Part shown: one piece after another, positions 36,036-49,152 of the stretch
How positions within the stretch are numbered: the first letter of the stretch is position 1
Layout: the number at the start of each line of letters is the position of its first letter
NCBI RefSeq assembly: GCF_035594765.1
Contig: NC_085841.1
Span: 83,065,574 to 83,129,573 of the forward strand
DNA: 64,000 nucleotides
Origin: Anolis carolinensis
Taxonomy: Eukaryota
Reading direction: 5' to 3'
Program-made: the position numbers and the translations under genes
Notes under the pieces: generated by a model
What the model saw: only the letters and a program-made list of their open reading frames with translations
Told to the model about the DNA's origin: nothing
The model's database searches: none

Positions 36036-38807
36036 TCTCATTTATCTTATCTATGGAAGACTTGGTTCATTATGTAAATGTATTTCCTGTTAGACAGAAA
36101 GGTTGTGTAAACACAAAAACACTACAGAATTTGTATCATTCATTTCTTGTATACATCATAAAAATGAGCTTAGCAAATAATATAAAAAAACACTGCACAT
36201 AATTGAAATCCATGAGGTTTTATTAGGGACAGATGGGAGCAAAAAAGATGGGAAGCAGAACTCTGGTGTTGGTGGAAAATATTTTGTTTGGCAAAGTTGA
36301 ACCAGTTTTATCGTTTAGAATATGAGCACTGATTCTGAAAATGGACAACATTCATGTTTTGGCATGGGAAAGCAGGGAAATGTTTATATTATAGCAGGAT
36401 CATGGTTTATTTGATCTTGCTTTCATTGGAGTGAAGTAGTATATTTAAATACTAACACGAGTAAAGATCAGATATTTCAATCTGATCAAATGACATCTCC
36501 TTCCCCATCTATATTTCTGTGTCTTCAGTTTTGTGGTAGATAATTAGAAATAGCCCTTTCTTTTGGCATAGCCTTCTCCTGGGAAAATATGATAGCAATA
36601 TAAGACTTATCATGTCCAATTTAATGTTGGGAGTTTATATCAAACTGGAAAAAGTTTCCCGATTGAGGCATTTAAAGTAACTTTCTCAAATCAATACTGC
36701 AGCAACTTCAAAATGTTCTGCTCTCCTGGCTTCCCTTTCTGCCATTTTCATATCATGGTTGGGCTAATCTATGATATCTAGGAGCATTTCTTCTAATAAG
36801 GGATGCCATAGCATTGGGACAGATTACTACAGGGAGGAGTGGATGAACAAGTGAACAGCTCCCTTGGAGGACAAAACTCAGATTTTCAGTCTGCATAACA
36901 GTAGAAATATTACAAATAATTACTAAGTGTACATCCACAAAGCAAAAGGAATATAGAGCTGGCACGGGCATGTATACTGGCATAAGCAATTGTCAATATT
37001 TGAGTTGCACATGCACCATTCTGCATACTAAATGCATACACTTTTAACTGTCTAACTTACATTTCAGTGTAATATTCTTCTAGAATATCTAGTATGCACA
37101 GGAATATAGGTATTGCTCTGTTAAAATCCCGTTTAATTTAAGACTGATTCAAGAATGTACATCTTGTGTCAGTCAGAGGTCAAGTTTTGACCAGGATAGT
37201 TAGAGACATTTGAACTGTGAAGTTCTGTGTGCCCAAAGATGGCTGACAGACTATAGTTCTGTGAACAACTATTAGATAAGTTAGCAACTTTTTTGTTCAT
37301 TTTTTCTTTAAAATCATGTTTCCTGTATTAGAAATTAATTATTCTGTGCTAGGCTTTATGTGATGGTTCTCTGCTTCACAGTGAACTGAACAATTTGTTT
37401 TATAATTTTGTTTTGGGGTCTTCCAGCAGGTATTCACTCTTGGCAATAGAGGTATTTTGGTGCCAAGCAAAAATCCTACCTTGTTTACCTGCACCAAAGC
37501 TGCATGACTAGAAGTTGGTAGCAACTCTGGTATCAAGTTCCCACAAATGCTGTAGTCAAATAGAACAAAAAATAACCACCTAATTTAGAAGTTTATTAAA
37601 CCTTCACAAGTTGGGCAGTTTTACACATTATGGAGCAGGAGACTTTGATTTTGGGATTCATACGTTGGCTTTTGATCTTCGAATATTCAGCTGATAACAA
37701 GAGTTTATCTCTCATATTTTTAAAGTACCTTTGCAGTGCAATCCTATAGATATTTACTTGGAAATAAGTCCCAATCAACTTGATGGACCACTTACCTCTT
37801 AGTGAGTGTGTTTTGGATGGCAACCTTAAAAGGTCTTACTGTATTTAGTAGATCTTAAGTTCTAGAGAAGATTAAACTATATTGAGGATCAGATTACTCC
37901 AGTATTTTTTCTGTGACTGGCTTCTATAAGATCATAACATGCTTTATAACTTTAACTTCATTGCACTTTTTTTTAAAAGCAACAGATAATAACAATATAT
38001 CAATTTTGAAACCCATGATTTTAACTGAAGTTGGGAGAGATGTCATCAAAGCTTAGCTTCTGATTGTCTGGTGCTGAAAAATCAGTTTCAAGCTGCCTAT
38101 ATCAACTCCCAAGTGTTTTCTCTCTCTCCAAAATGCTCAAATACATATTTACATTTAGCCATAGTCTTTAATGTTAATGTGGGCAGTGACCTACTTTACT
38201 AGCTGTTGCCAGATTATTTTGCTAACTAGGCTGGGGTTGTGGTGGTGTCACTGAGTTCCTGTCTAAGTTGCTTATAGCACAGGAAACTTGACCTCTGTAC
38301 TTTGGCGCTTTTTCAAAAAGTTCTAATATGGTACATGAGCTCTACTGTTCTTTAAGCCCTGGCCATAAATAGACACAGTGCTTTATTTGCAATGGAGATC
38401 AGCGATAAGCCACTGTGCACAGAAGCAGCACAAAAGACACTTGCCAGGGGAAAAGAAGAGGTGCTGATTAATAAAGCAACGTCACTCTCTGGCGGCAGGA
38501 GGAAAGAATGACTGGTGATGGTCCCTTTTGCTGGCGCATTGCTCTGATGGCTTTGGCAAAGAGCAGTGAGCTTCTCACAGCTGTTTATGAGGTGCTCAGG
38601 GGAGGCACACTCAGCACAAGTTGACATCTATTGTGCAGTTTATAGTCTGAATGACTTTTACAACTGCAAAAGCCTGCGTTTGCACATAAATTGATGTCAA
38701 CAGTAAAGGCCAGATCCTTTAGAGCAAAATATTAATCCCCTAATCTGTTACGGGTGGTCAGTTTTGAAATGTAAACACTCTTCCGTATTTGAATATATTA
38801 GGTGTTG

Positions 38808-38821
38808 GTGCCACCTTGTGG
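38808..38821 (-). promoter_or_regulatory. Candidate CTCF site
   Basis: Minus strand CCACAAGGTGGCAC, a close match to the CTCF core. Confidence 0.5.
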
Positions 38822-41639
38822 AATGGAGATCAAAAGGGAATGGCTTTCAATTTCCCTCCCCCACCCTCTATGCACAATTGCCTTTGCTCATTGAAAGGAG
38901 CCCTGGGAGACCAGAGATACAAGCCAAAGGTGTAATGGAGTAATTCTGCAGTGAAGCCAAATTATGCCCTGTGGAAAAAAATATAAACAATCCCAATATG
39001 GTGATGATGTTGTTGTGTGCCCTCAGGTCGATTCCTGACAAATAGAAACCCTATTCTAGGATTTTCTGAGCTAGATTATTCAGAAGATATTTCTCATTGC
39101 CTTCATCTAAGGTTAAGAGAGTGTGACTTGTCCAAGGCCAGCCAGTGGATGTCCATTGCTTAGTAACATCCCAGGCTCAAACTACTCCACCAGACAGGTT
39201 CTCTTATTTAACATATTATTTGAAATCATATTTTAAGTACATGGTAAATGTGATACCTACTCAAGAATGGGTGTATAGGATCCCAGCATTAAAAACTTGT
39301 CGAAGTAATTAACGTTGTAGAACAGTCACCATAAAAATATCATATTTGTATAATTTTGTATACAATGCAGTCCCTGTATCTGCAGAGGATATGTCCTTGG
39401 ACTTCATGTGGATATGTGAAACCATGGATAATAGTGAACTCTATTGAAATAAAGGACTTGTAGTCTAATCATACCATAAAGTCATGCTGGAATACTTTGT
39501 CAGATGTGGATAAATGAAACTGCAAATACTGATCATGCAGACACAGGGGTTGCAGTACATATTTCAATATCCAGACTTTCCCAATCTTCTAATGATAACT
39601 AAACATTTTCTCTTTCTGAGATAATTACCTTTCTTTTTGCTTGCTGAATGCAGGTTAGGCAATACTTCATGTGTCAGCAATTTTTTCTTAATCAAATGTT
39701 GAATTTCTTTAGAGGTTAATCATTCTCCCTGCTTTCGGTAAAGGATTGACCTGCAAGTAAAGCTGAAGGTCTTCCATTCAGTTTAGCTTACATGCCTACC
39801 TACATGTCTTCTGAAAATAATTATTTTCAAGTATACAAGAATTCTGAACTAAAATCTTTTTCTTGTATTATTTCTAAATCACCATTAATATAATGCATAC
39901 CATATAAGAGAAAGAGAAATGACAGTGAGATTTATCTGTGTTGTCTAAATGCTCCCTTCATGATAGCAGGAAACTACAACGGGTCCTAATATGAAAAAGA
40001 GGTGGAAGAATTATGTCCCGTTGAGGTCACAATCGGTATGATAAAGAGGGATTATAATTAAGTGCTATCTTCCATTCCAACACTCTTCTCATGAAATCTT
40101 CTCACCTGACTGGCGAAGTAGTTTCAGGGCTTGCATATTTCATTAGATTAGACAAGGATAAAATGAGGCTGAGTTGTTACAATTTAAGGGGATGGTCTCT
40201 CACATAAAGATCCTATTGCATTGATACTGTCGGTATTAAATGTGTATGCACACATGATGTTGGTTCTGATGAGAAATGGGATGCCACAATTAATGTGAAC
40301 TCACAGTAGTCACCTCTCGCATATGGCAGACATGAGCTCAGTGTTGAGGTAATGGCATAGGCTATATTTCTGAGGAAGAAACTAGCAAGGTTGCCACAGA
40401 GTAGTTCTTCCATAAAAACTCCATGAAATCCATGGGTTCACCTTACGTCACCAATGGTACACAGAATCATAGAATAACAGAGTTGGAAGAAACCACATGG
40501 CCTATCTAGCCCAACCCCCCGCCATGCAGATAACATCCAGTCTCTGTTTAAATCAACACTAGTATCGGTGCACCTCTGATAAGAACTACACATGGTTATA
40601 TGGTATGGCAACCATATATTTGGTCCTAAACATGTAGAAGGTCACACATATAAGGTACAAGGTCTCAGGATACCATCTGAAATCACAGGGAATTGCATTA
40701 CTTTCCTGACTCACCAAATGGGGTGCCCAAATTCAGTGTGAAAGATACTGGAGACGAGTTTTATTTTATTGTGAAGGTGGCTTTAAGGCCTAGTTGCCCA
40801 TCTCTTCCTTATTTCACATTGGCGCCAAAGCTTACTGACTCACGTTCAAGGAGTTTGTAGATCTGTTTCACTTGTATATAATTAGCAATGAAACATTTGG
40901 AAATGCAATGAAAGTTTTCTAAGATGGGTGGGTAATGAATGTTTTCTGTTAGTTGCTATCTTACAAGTAGACCTTGCTTTGTCCTCCATGCTCATGCTGC
41001 TGAAGAAATAACTTCGCAGTGGCATGCATTTCCTTAAACAAGTCACAAAACTCCATTAAACATGTAATTTTCAACAGAAAAATCACAGTAGAATCTAACA
41101 CTGATGTGATAAGAAAATCTGTATCTTATCCACTGGTCCTTGGGAAGAATTTGTAGGTGAACTTTCACACATAAGGTAGCATTAATAACAATAGCTAGGA
41201 AATGACTTTGTCTGATGAGCAACTCTCCAGCTTCACTAAATTCAACAAACATAAGTAGTATGTACAGTGGACTGCTCAATACTAAATACATTTATCTATT
41301 GTACATTGAAATGGTCAGTTGTCATGGATCCTGGGATCTATTTTTTGCCCTGGGAGCCAAAAAATTTAACTCATGCAAACAAAAAAACAAACAAAAAAGG
41401 GGGGAAGGTCAAGGACATAAAATCAACAAAAATCTGGTATTTTTGATGCTAAACAATACAGGTGATTTGTTTCTCCTAGAGTCAGTTTTCTTATTTTCTT
41501 TGACTTATTGTTTTGTTTTTAAAATACTGCCCCGTTTGAGGGAAACCTGCAATTAACCCATATTTACTGTATATCATATTTGCTTTGGAGGTAATTTAAA
41601 AAGTTTCCTTTCTGTTTCTGTCACACATACACATAAGCA

Positions 41640-41675
<36 letters not shown>

Positions 41676-44260
41676 ATGTATTTTGCAACTGTTACACAAG
41701 ATCTTGAATTTCGGCCTTGAAATTTCAGGAAATGGAAAACTACTGTCTTGGAGACCCAGTGCAGAACCTTTCTGAGGCTAGACAAGGTGTTTTCAGTCAG
41801 TATAGGGTACATCCAGACTGATTGAAAAGTCCTAAATTTTGTTCCTGATCCTTCTGATTTTATACTAGGTTAATATAAACCTGTCTGGGGAGCTGATATA
41901 AAAAGTCTCTCATCATACTAGGTACTGACAGAAAATACTCTGGGAAAACACAAGTATGGGTCTTTAAAGTAAAATTGGAAAGAACAGGAGCAAAATCTGG
42001 AACTTTCTGATATTTTAATCACTCCAGATGCGCCCAGAGTTAATAGAATATAGTAAAGCCAGTTCTGGATTTACAGCCATCTAAATATAAACAATGTTAA
42101 AATAGGGTAAATACTGAAAGGTGTAGTCCAGAAAGAAAAGAAGTGCAGTTTAGCCTTTCAATCACCAGTTTGCATGTAACTGGAATAATGTTGCCCAGTG
42201 ATTGAATAAGGCATGGCCTTGTGCAATGATTGGATAAGTAGTAGCCCTGTACAAAAGGCCAGTAAAATCTAATTTCCAGCTGGGTGATGAGTGACACTGA
42301 ACAGACTATTACAAGTCTTGTCCAATTGGCAGGGGACAAAGACTTGTAAAACTTGCCATTAATCAGCTGATAACAGAAGACCAGTGAACAGTTATTCCAG
42401 ATAGATTCAGATGAACAGGTAGGAAGAAGTTGAGATAGCATAAAAGTAAATCTAGAAGAGAGAAAAAGTAAACAGTGTGCACCTACTATGCTATTTGTAA
42501 GATAAGTACCATAATTGATACTGCTGAATTATTAAGCTATCAGACACTGCACTATCAGACAAAACGGTTGTCCACAAGTTTGGAAGCTCAAGTGACTAAG
42601 TTGGTGGGCTCTAGGAAACGTTAACAAACACAGCTGTGCTAAAAAGTGGCAATAGACCTGTACATCCCTCAGATAAAAATCTGGGATAGAGGAACCATAC
42701 CTGTTCAAACATTACATATCAGCAAAAACTTCCCATCTCAGCTGTGAGGGGAAGAATATCAAGATTGCTATGCATTTGGACCCTTGTCTTCTTGGATACA
42801 ATTGAAGCTGAGTAAGCTTTTATTTTATTTTATTTTGATCTCCTGAATATCTCCCCCCATTTCCCCCCAGATAACGTGACAATTCCTTGAATTGACATTT
42901 TGGGTGGTATTGAATGATTAGCTCCCTGTGCACCAAACAGTAGAAGACCCACATGCACATAATCCTGAGTGATAATGCATCTAAATCATCAGCAAGATTC
43001 TAACTCTTCAAAGTTTTGGCATTTAGAGTCTTCAGGAGGTTTAGTTTTTATCTAGTGTTCAGATGTATTGAAGCATATGTGGGTGGCCCTCCCGATGTTG
43101 CTGAACTACAACTTCCAGTTCACCTTTCTATTAACTATGCTGGCTAGAGCTGCTACAACAATATCTGAGTACCACATGACTCCCACCCCTCTTTTAAAGC
43201 CTTCTGCAATCAAAAAACAAAAGTAATTCCCACATATATATTTGTAGAATTCCAGCCAAGTTGGGTTTTTGAACTCATTTATCTAAGCTTTCATAAGGAA
43301 TTTAAGATTTTTAAAAATCCAGGTACTTTTTGGTGACAGGATAGTAATGTGTGCAAACATATTTGTAAATCTGTATTCAATTCCTCCTTTTAAAAATGAT
43401 TTTGATGCCTTCCACGTATGAACCTTTTTAATGGGAGAATGAAAATCTAATAACAATTCTGTGTTCTGAAGAGGAGATCAGAGGTTTTCCAGAAATAGAG
43501 TTTTATTGACAAAGAATAATAAAATAGCAATTTAATTATTAACTGGAAAGAGAGCACAGAGGTTGTGCTGCGGAGAGGCTGCACAGTGAGCTACTTCAGT
43601 TTCCTGAGAAAAGCAGTGGAGGGGGAATTGCAGTAGTAACTAGAAAAGTGTGTTTGTGTGAAAGAGAGAAAGGGGGAGAAAGAGAGAAAGGGAGAAGATC
43701 CTTTTTCGTTAATAGATTCTGTTTCTTTAGAATACCTTAGCGAGCTCTTTTAAAGTTCAGACTAAAACACAAACTAGACTCACTTTCCAACTGACATGGA
43801 AGCCACTAGCATGTGGTCTGTTTAGAACCTGTATTACTAAGCAGCTTTTTGAATGCCTCATGCAGTATAAAATGGCAAAATCAAGGGTTGCCTTTTAGAT
43901 ATTTCGGGAAGGGGATATTTTGAAAGTGCAGATGGTTCAATCTGTTGATATAGAATCCATGGATAGGGAGGGCTGACTGCATTTTTAGCCCAGATCCTAA
44001 TCTAAATTAGACTTCTTTCACCAAAGAAGACCCTAGTACTGAAATCCCTGGAATTCCTAAAGTGAGCATCCAGATGGGAGTGCCAAAATCTAATCAGGCA
44101 GAATAACTACCAAAAAAGTAGATTCTCAAATCGTTTTGTTCATGTCGTTTTTTTAGAGCCTCTCCAAAAAATCCCTGGAATTTTGGGATTTAAAAACAGG
44201 GGGGAAACTGTTTCTTAGCCAACTCCAAGACCACCACAGAGAGCATGGCTTCTGTCAAAG

Positions 44261-46275
44261 TGATGGCCGTCACCCCAGCTTTCAAATTGATTTGAAAACG
44301 CAGCAGAGAGTTCCATAGATTACTCTCCAAAAGAACGGAGCGGGACCGCAACAGACTATTATTAAAAGACCTTTTTTCCTTCATTTTCCTCTTCCCTGAA
44401 CTATGTAACAAATCCCCCCAATAAAAGTAGCATTTATTTTAACAATAACACTCTCTATCTGGTTATTTTGTATCTTTCCCTGACTCCTTCCTTCGCATGC
44501 AATCGCTCTCTCTCCCTCCCGTCCTTTTAACTCCGGCTGAGATTCCCTGCCATAGATTAACATGGCGGTCGATATAAATTGGCTCATATCTCTATCAAAA
44601 TTACCCCTAGAACGCTCCTCTTTTAGTCTTAACCCTTTCTAAGGCTCCTGACTCGAAGACAACCAGCAGACCCGGAATCGGTCCAGTTTTCGGCATCTCA
44701 ACAGCTGACTGTCAAACAGAACCGCGTTTCTTTCCAAGCCAAGTTGCTGCTTTATCCCGGGGTTTTCTCTCCCCGCGACTCGCGGAATGGTTCTCCCTGG
44801 CCCCTTTCTGTGAAATGGGGATGGGGGGATCGCTCTCTCGCTGGGGAGACATAGTTCACCAAGGACCCTCACCCTCTACAGCTGCCAGGGGATGCCCGGA
44901 CGGGGGGCCCTCCACGTTTCATTCATAATTTCATAATTTTATGAAGGAGAAGAACACTCTTCCTCAGACCTACCCCTGGGACTTATGAAATCCTATACTT
45001 CCAAGGACTACAACATACATGTGTCCCTTCCCCATGCCATCTCTATGAATTCCTTATGAACTCTTTCCCCTCATGTATTTGTGAATTTTCATATTCTATG
45101 TACATGACTCACTGTTGTATGAATTTCAAATCGTTGGGCTAACTTCATGAATTGTGAAATCATGCTGCTTGAACCCCACTTCTATGTTGGATTCCCCAGA
45201 TGTTGTGTACTTCGTTCTTATCAAATGTTTTCAAATGTCTATATCATTCATGATTCCCCTTTATGCAATGTCACCCACCTTTATGGATTCTTCTTTATTT
45301 TCTTGAAAGCTGCCTATCTGCCTATATGTATTTATACTCTTTGGGATCCCCGGAAAATATGTGTTTTTCCCAGCTGGGTTTATATTCCAACTTTATTTTT
45401 AATTTCCATTTTATCCCATATAATTGGCAGATCATGAAATCAAATGGGAAATATTATGACCCCAACCTGAACTCTAGCCCCATGACTCAAACCTCCCTTC
45501 CCAAAAACAAAAGGATAATCTGCCACAGTTTAATCCAATCTCATTCCGATCGCATGGACAATATAGGGTTTAGAGTCACCAAATTCCTAAAGGTGACTCA
45601 CCCCCAAGGCAAACATCGTCATATTCCAGGCCAGGACGCCGCTGGAAGGCACCCTGTGGGGCCGTCAATGATGGCTCATCAACACCCATCACCCCTTCCT
45701 GTCTGACACCCCAAAGACATATCTAAAATCTGCGAACGTGACAGGACCCCGGACATCCTTGATGGGTGTCATTAATTCCTTTAGAAATTGGCTGGGCCAG
45801 AATTAATCCGATGTTTCCTGTCCGGTCACCGCATTGTTTCTATAGCTCCCGCCTCCTCCTCTCTGATTGGCCCAAGGGGGGACGGAAAACGGCTCCCCAT
45901 TGGGCCAGCAGGGCAAGGCGGGAAACGAAAGCCCGCCTCGTTCAACCTCTCAGCCTATCCGCGATCAGATGGGCAGGGAAGCGGGGCGGGAAATTCAAAG
46001 GGCTGTCAGACCGAAACATTGTATAAATATGACTTTATTTGAAACATATGTTACGCTAGTGGATTGAATGATCACTATTAGCGTCCTTTTCAGCTGAATT
46101 GCTCAATAAAACTCCTTGGCGGATTTTCCTTCAACGTGGCGGACCTTCTTCATTTCAGGCTTCAGGTTGTATTGCGGCTTATATTCTTCTTTTGGCTTCG
46201 CCAAGGTCCGTTCCCTCAGGACCGGATCGGCTTCCTTCTAAAGGGGCCCGATCCCCCCAAACGCGGTCGACAACA
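44261..46275 (+). repeat. 5' LTR, 2015 bp
   Basis: TGATGG...CAACA; TATAAA 46022-46027; AATAAA 46105-46110; inverted CCAAT boxes and a GC box at about 45785-45990. Confidence 0.96.
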
Positions 46276-46280
46276 TAATT

Positions 46281-46300
46281 TGGCTTTACCACGAAGGGAC
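46281..46300 (+). other. Primer-binding site, tRNA-Arg(TCG)-type, imperfect
   Basis: TGGCTTTACCACGAAGGGAC, 5 nt after the LTR end, versus the Arg-TCG complement TGGCGACCACGAAGGGAC. Confidence 0.8.
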
Positions 46301-46909
46301 TTGCTTGGAAGTTCCAAAAATCAATTTTTTTAGGCTAAAATTCCAAGCGGCGACCTTGGTCCAGATATTCTGGGACAGGTTGGGGAGAGAAACGGCTGCA
46401 AGGAGGGCCCTCCGACCAACAATTTGACCTCATTTCGCATCCAAATTTCTCTGGCAGCCCCTTTCTCTCTCTAGATCTGATTCAGGGTACTGAACAAAGG
46501 AGCCAGATAGGAGGAAGCAGATTTTTAGCTCCTCGAAGGAAAGGCGCCAACGTGAAACAGGGGACGCCCTGTAAAAAATAAAAAGGGAACCGGCCCCGTT
46601 GTTAAGACCCAGGTGGGCGGAGTTCTGGAGGTATTGCACTTCGGATCAGGGCTCGGTAACAAATTCCTGGTGAAACGCGGGAACATCTGGCGCCCGGTGG
46701 TGTGCGAGAACAGTCTGGCTTGTGAGATTACAGGTTCTAGGATCGTGGGGTAGGGGAACGATTGTGTTCCCAGGGCACCTACGGATCCCAAGAACGCCAG
46801 CCATTCAGCCTTGGTGTAGGGAGAACTCTTGAAAGGACGAGTGCATCCAGCCGGTGGGTGAGTCGTTACTCCATTAACTGTCAGGTACTGGGCAGGGGCT
46901 GAGCCAGGG

Positions 46910-47838
46910 ATGGGTGTTTGTTCAAGCACGTCTAGGGTGTCCCACCCCAGCAGACATCCCCAGGGATTCTCCATTGGGAAAGATCCTGGCCAATTGGGGT
47001 GGGCTTTGCATCAAAAAACATGGTGCAGGCCAGGTTGGGCTAACTCAGAGCACGTAAGTGGCCCCTTGTGGCCCTTGAAGGGGGAACAGCTTGCCCCCCG
47101 TTTGAGTCACCGAATTCGGAGTGTTGACCTAAGGTGACTCACCATGGGGAGGGCAAGTGGTCCCAACTTGCTTATGCTGCAATGTTCATGGTCCTAAGCC
47201 AGGGAGAGAATCGGAGGGGGGGGGAGGAGGGGCCCACGTCTTCCCATGCAGAGATTTGGGCTCCAAAAACAGCCCCCCCCCAGAGATTCCCCCCTAGACC
47301 CTTTTCCCCTTACCCCCTCCTCCAGAGGATTTTCTGGACACATTTGCTTGCCCCACCTTACCAAATCCGACCCCCATCCCTTGCCTCACCACATCCCCCG
47401 TTCCCCCCCCCTTGTTCTGAGTCTTGCACCGACCCAGAACCCCCAAATCGACCCTTCAAGGGAACCTCTGCTTCCCGGGATCCCACTCTCCCAGACTCAC
47501 TCTCCCAATTCCCATTTCCCCCCGTCTCCCTTCCGTTTCCCAGCCCTCTATTCTCTCTCAGCCCCATTTCCCCTCCGTTGCCCAACCTCCTATTCCCTCT
47601 CCACCCCTCCCCAACCGAATCCCTCTCAAGCCTTTTTCCCTTCCACCCCAAGACTTCTTCCCCCTTGCAGCCCCCCTCCCTTAATCTCTCCCTCTCTTCC
47701 TCTCGCTCGTCCTTTTTGACCAGAGGAACAGGGGGAAAGGAGGGGCCATGGGGGGATGAGACCTCAGAGGAAGGAGGAATTGACTGTTCAGAGACCAAAG
47801 AACGTTCATTGCCATCCTCTGTTTTATCTGAAGCCTGA
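46910..47838 (+). pseudogene. gag: Frameshifted gag remnant (matrix plus Pro-rich region), class I/gamma-like ERV
   Basis: MGVCSS (G2 myristoylation-type start), then IPRDSPLGKILANW, LWPLKG and EGKWSQLAYAAMFMVL in different frames. These match matrix motifs SPLGxILxNW...WPxxG...EGKWxExxYVQAF, and a Pro-rich stretch follows. Confidence 0.75.
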
Positions 47839-49152
47839 AAATTGGGTCAATAGTTCTCCAAAGAATTATTTTCCCCTCTCTCCCTCCTTTTCAAAGCAAT
47901 CTGCTTCTGAATTTTTGAGTCACAGTTCAATTCCCTTTTTTCCCTCTCCTTTTCTGTTTGCTTTCAAAACTTTACCCAAAATCTCTAGAAACTCCCCAAA
48001 GATCCCAGCGGAACATAAATTTTTAGACTGTAAATTTGCATTTTTGTTGGTTACAACTTGCAAGTGGGACCTTTGATCTGGCATTCTTTCCAAAGCATCA
48101 GGTCACACCTTGAAATTTGCTCAAACCAAAGGATCCTGTGTCTTCAAAGACTCCTTTCCCTTTTTCTTTTTTTCCTCACCCAATCCCTTTGGGCAACCCT
48201 GAAAAAAAAACCCCCCTTTTTGAATCTTTCTCTCTCAGCCCCCCCCCCTCCTCTCTGGGGGGTTATTGTGTATCTTTGGAAAACCTTCCATCTTCAGAGA
48301 CTGGCTGAGTCCTGCCTGGGGCTTCCCTGTTCTCTGAGTAGTATTCTTTGTTTGATTGCCTTGACATTGGAGCTTTGTATGTCCTTTAAATGTGGGGAAC
48401 CAAGTTTTGTTCCTTTTCCTCATGATTTTCTTCCTTGAGCTATCCTCTCTGTTTCTCTCTCTCTCCCTCTTGTTTGCTATCTCTTGAATGACTGTGTATA
48501 CAATGGGTTAGGGGTTTTACTAACACTCTCTCAGTATAAAAGGGACCGTTGGGAACTGTAGAATGGGGATCCTGGCACCCCAGATGAAAGGCACTCCACC
48601 CCGACCTGGACTACCAGGACCATCATCCGCTCCTGTGGCTATAAAGGGACTCTGAGAAACCCAGCTCAGATGAGGCGAGAGCAACCAGTGGGGTGCCATC
48701 ACGGTGATGAGGCCCCCACCCACAAGCTGGCTCCAACCCCTGGCAGGGGTCGTAAGGCTGACCCTGAGCAGAAGAACATCCCCTTCAACTGCAGGGAGGA
48801 AAGGGCGCCCCCACGAGACCAGGAGAAGGCTGGCAGGTAAGGGCGACCCCTCCTCACCTGAAGAAGAGGTGGCAGAGGCTAAAAGTGTGTCCCCATGGAG
48901 CCACGGACAGGACCCTCGCTGTTGGTCACTGGGTCAGGCGCGAGTGGGGAGCCCTAACATGGCTGCAAGGGTGCCAGAGGAACCTTCAGTATTGAAAACG
49001 TCCCAAAAGGTATGAATGATTTATTTCCATTTTTTCCTCCTTTTTTTCTTCCTTATAAAACTAACCCTCCACTCATAGGGTCTTGGGGGAAGGGGAGTGG
49101 GGATGGGACACGTGATCTCTTTTCTTTGCTGTCTTGAGGCATTCTCTATCCC

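Noticed and set aside
45147-45706. Plus-strand 96-aa and 147-aa ORFs in U3 as a sag/nef-like gene
   Set aside because: Composition reflects the AT-rich motif block; no recognisable motifs; no support beyond length
46638-46649. ACTTCGGATCAG matching the tRNA-Arg(TCG) anticodon arm in the ERV leader
   Set aside because: Only 12 nt, and same sense as the tRNA rather than complementary; likely chance
47134-47838. 234-aa Pro-rich ORF as a functional protein
   Set aside because: GTG start, C-rich low complexity; best read as decayed gag MA/p12 region
48480-49015. Possible capsid or nucleocapsid remnants in the ERV interior
   Set aside because: No major homology region or CCHC motif could be identified by eye; needs a profile-HMM search
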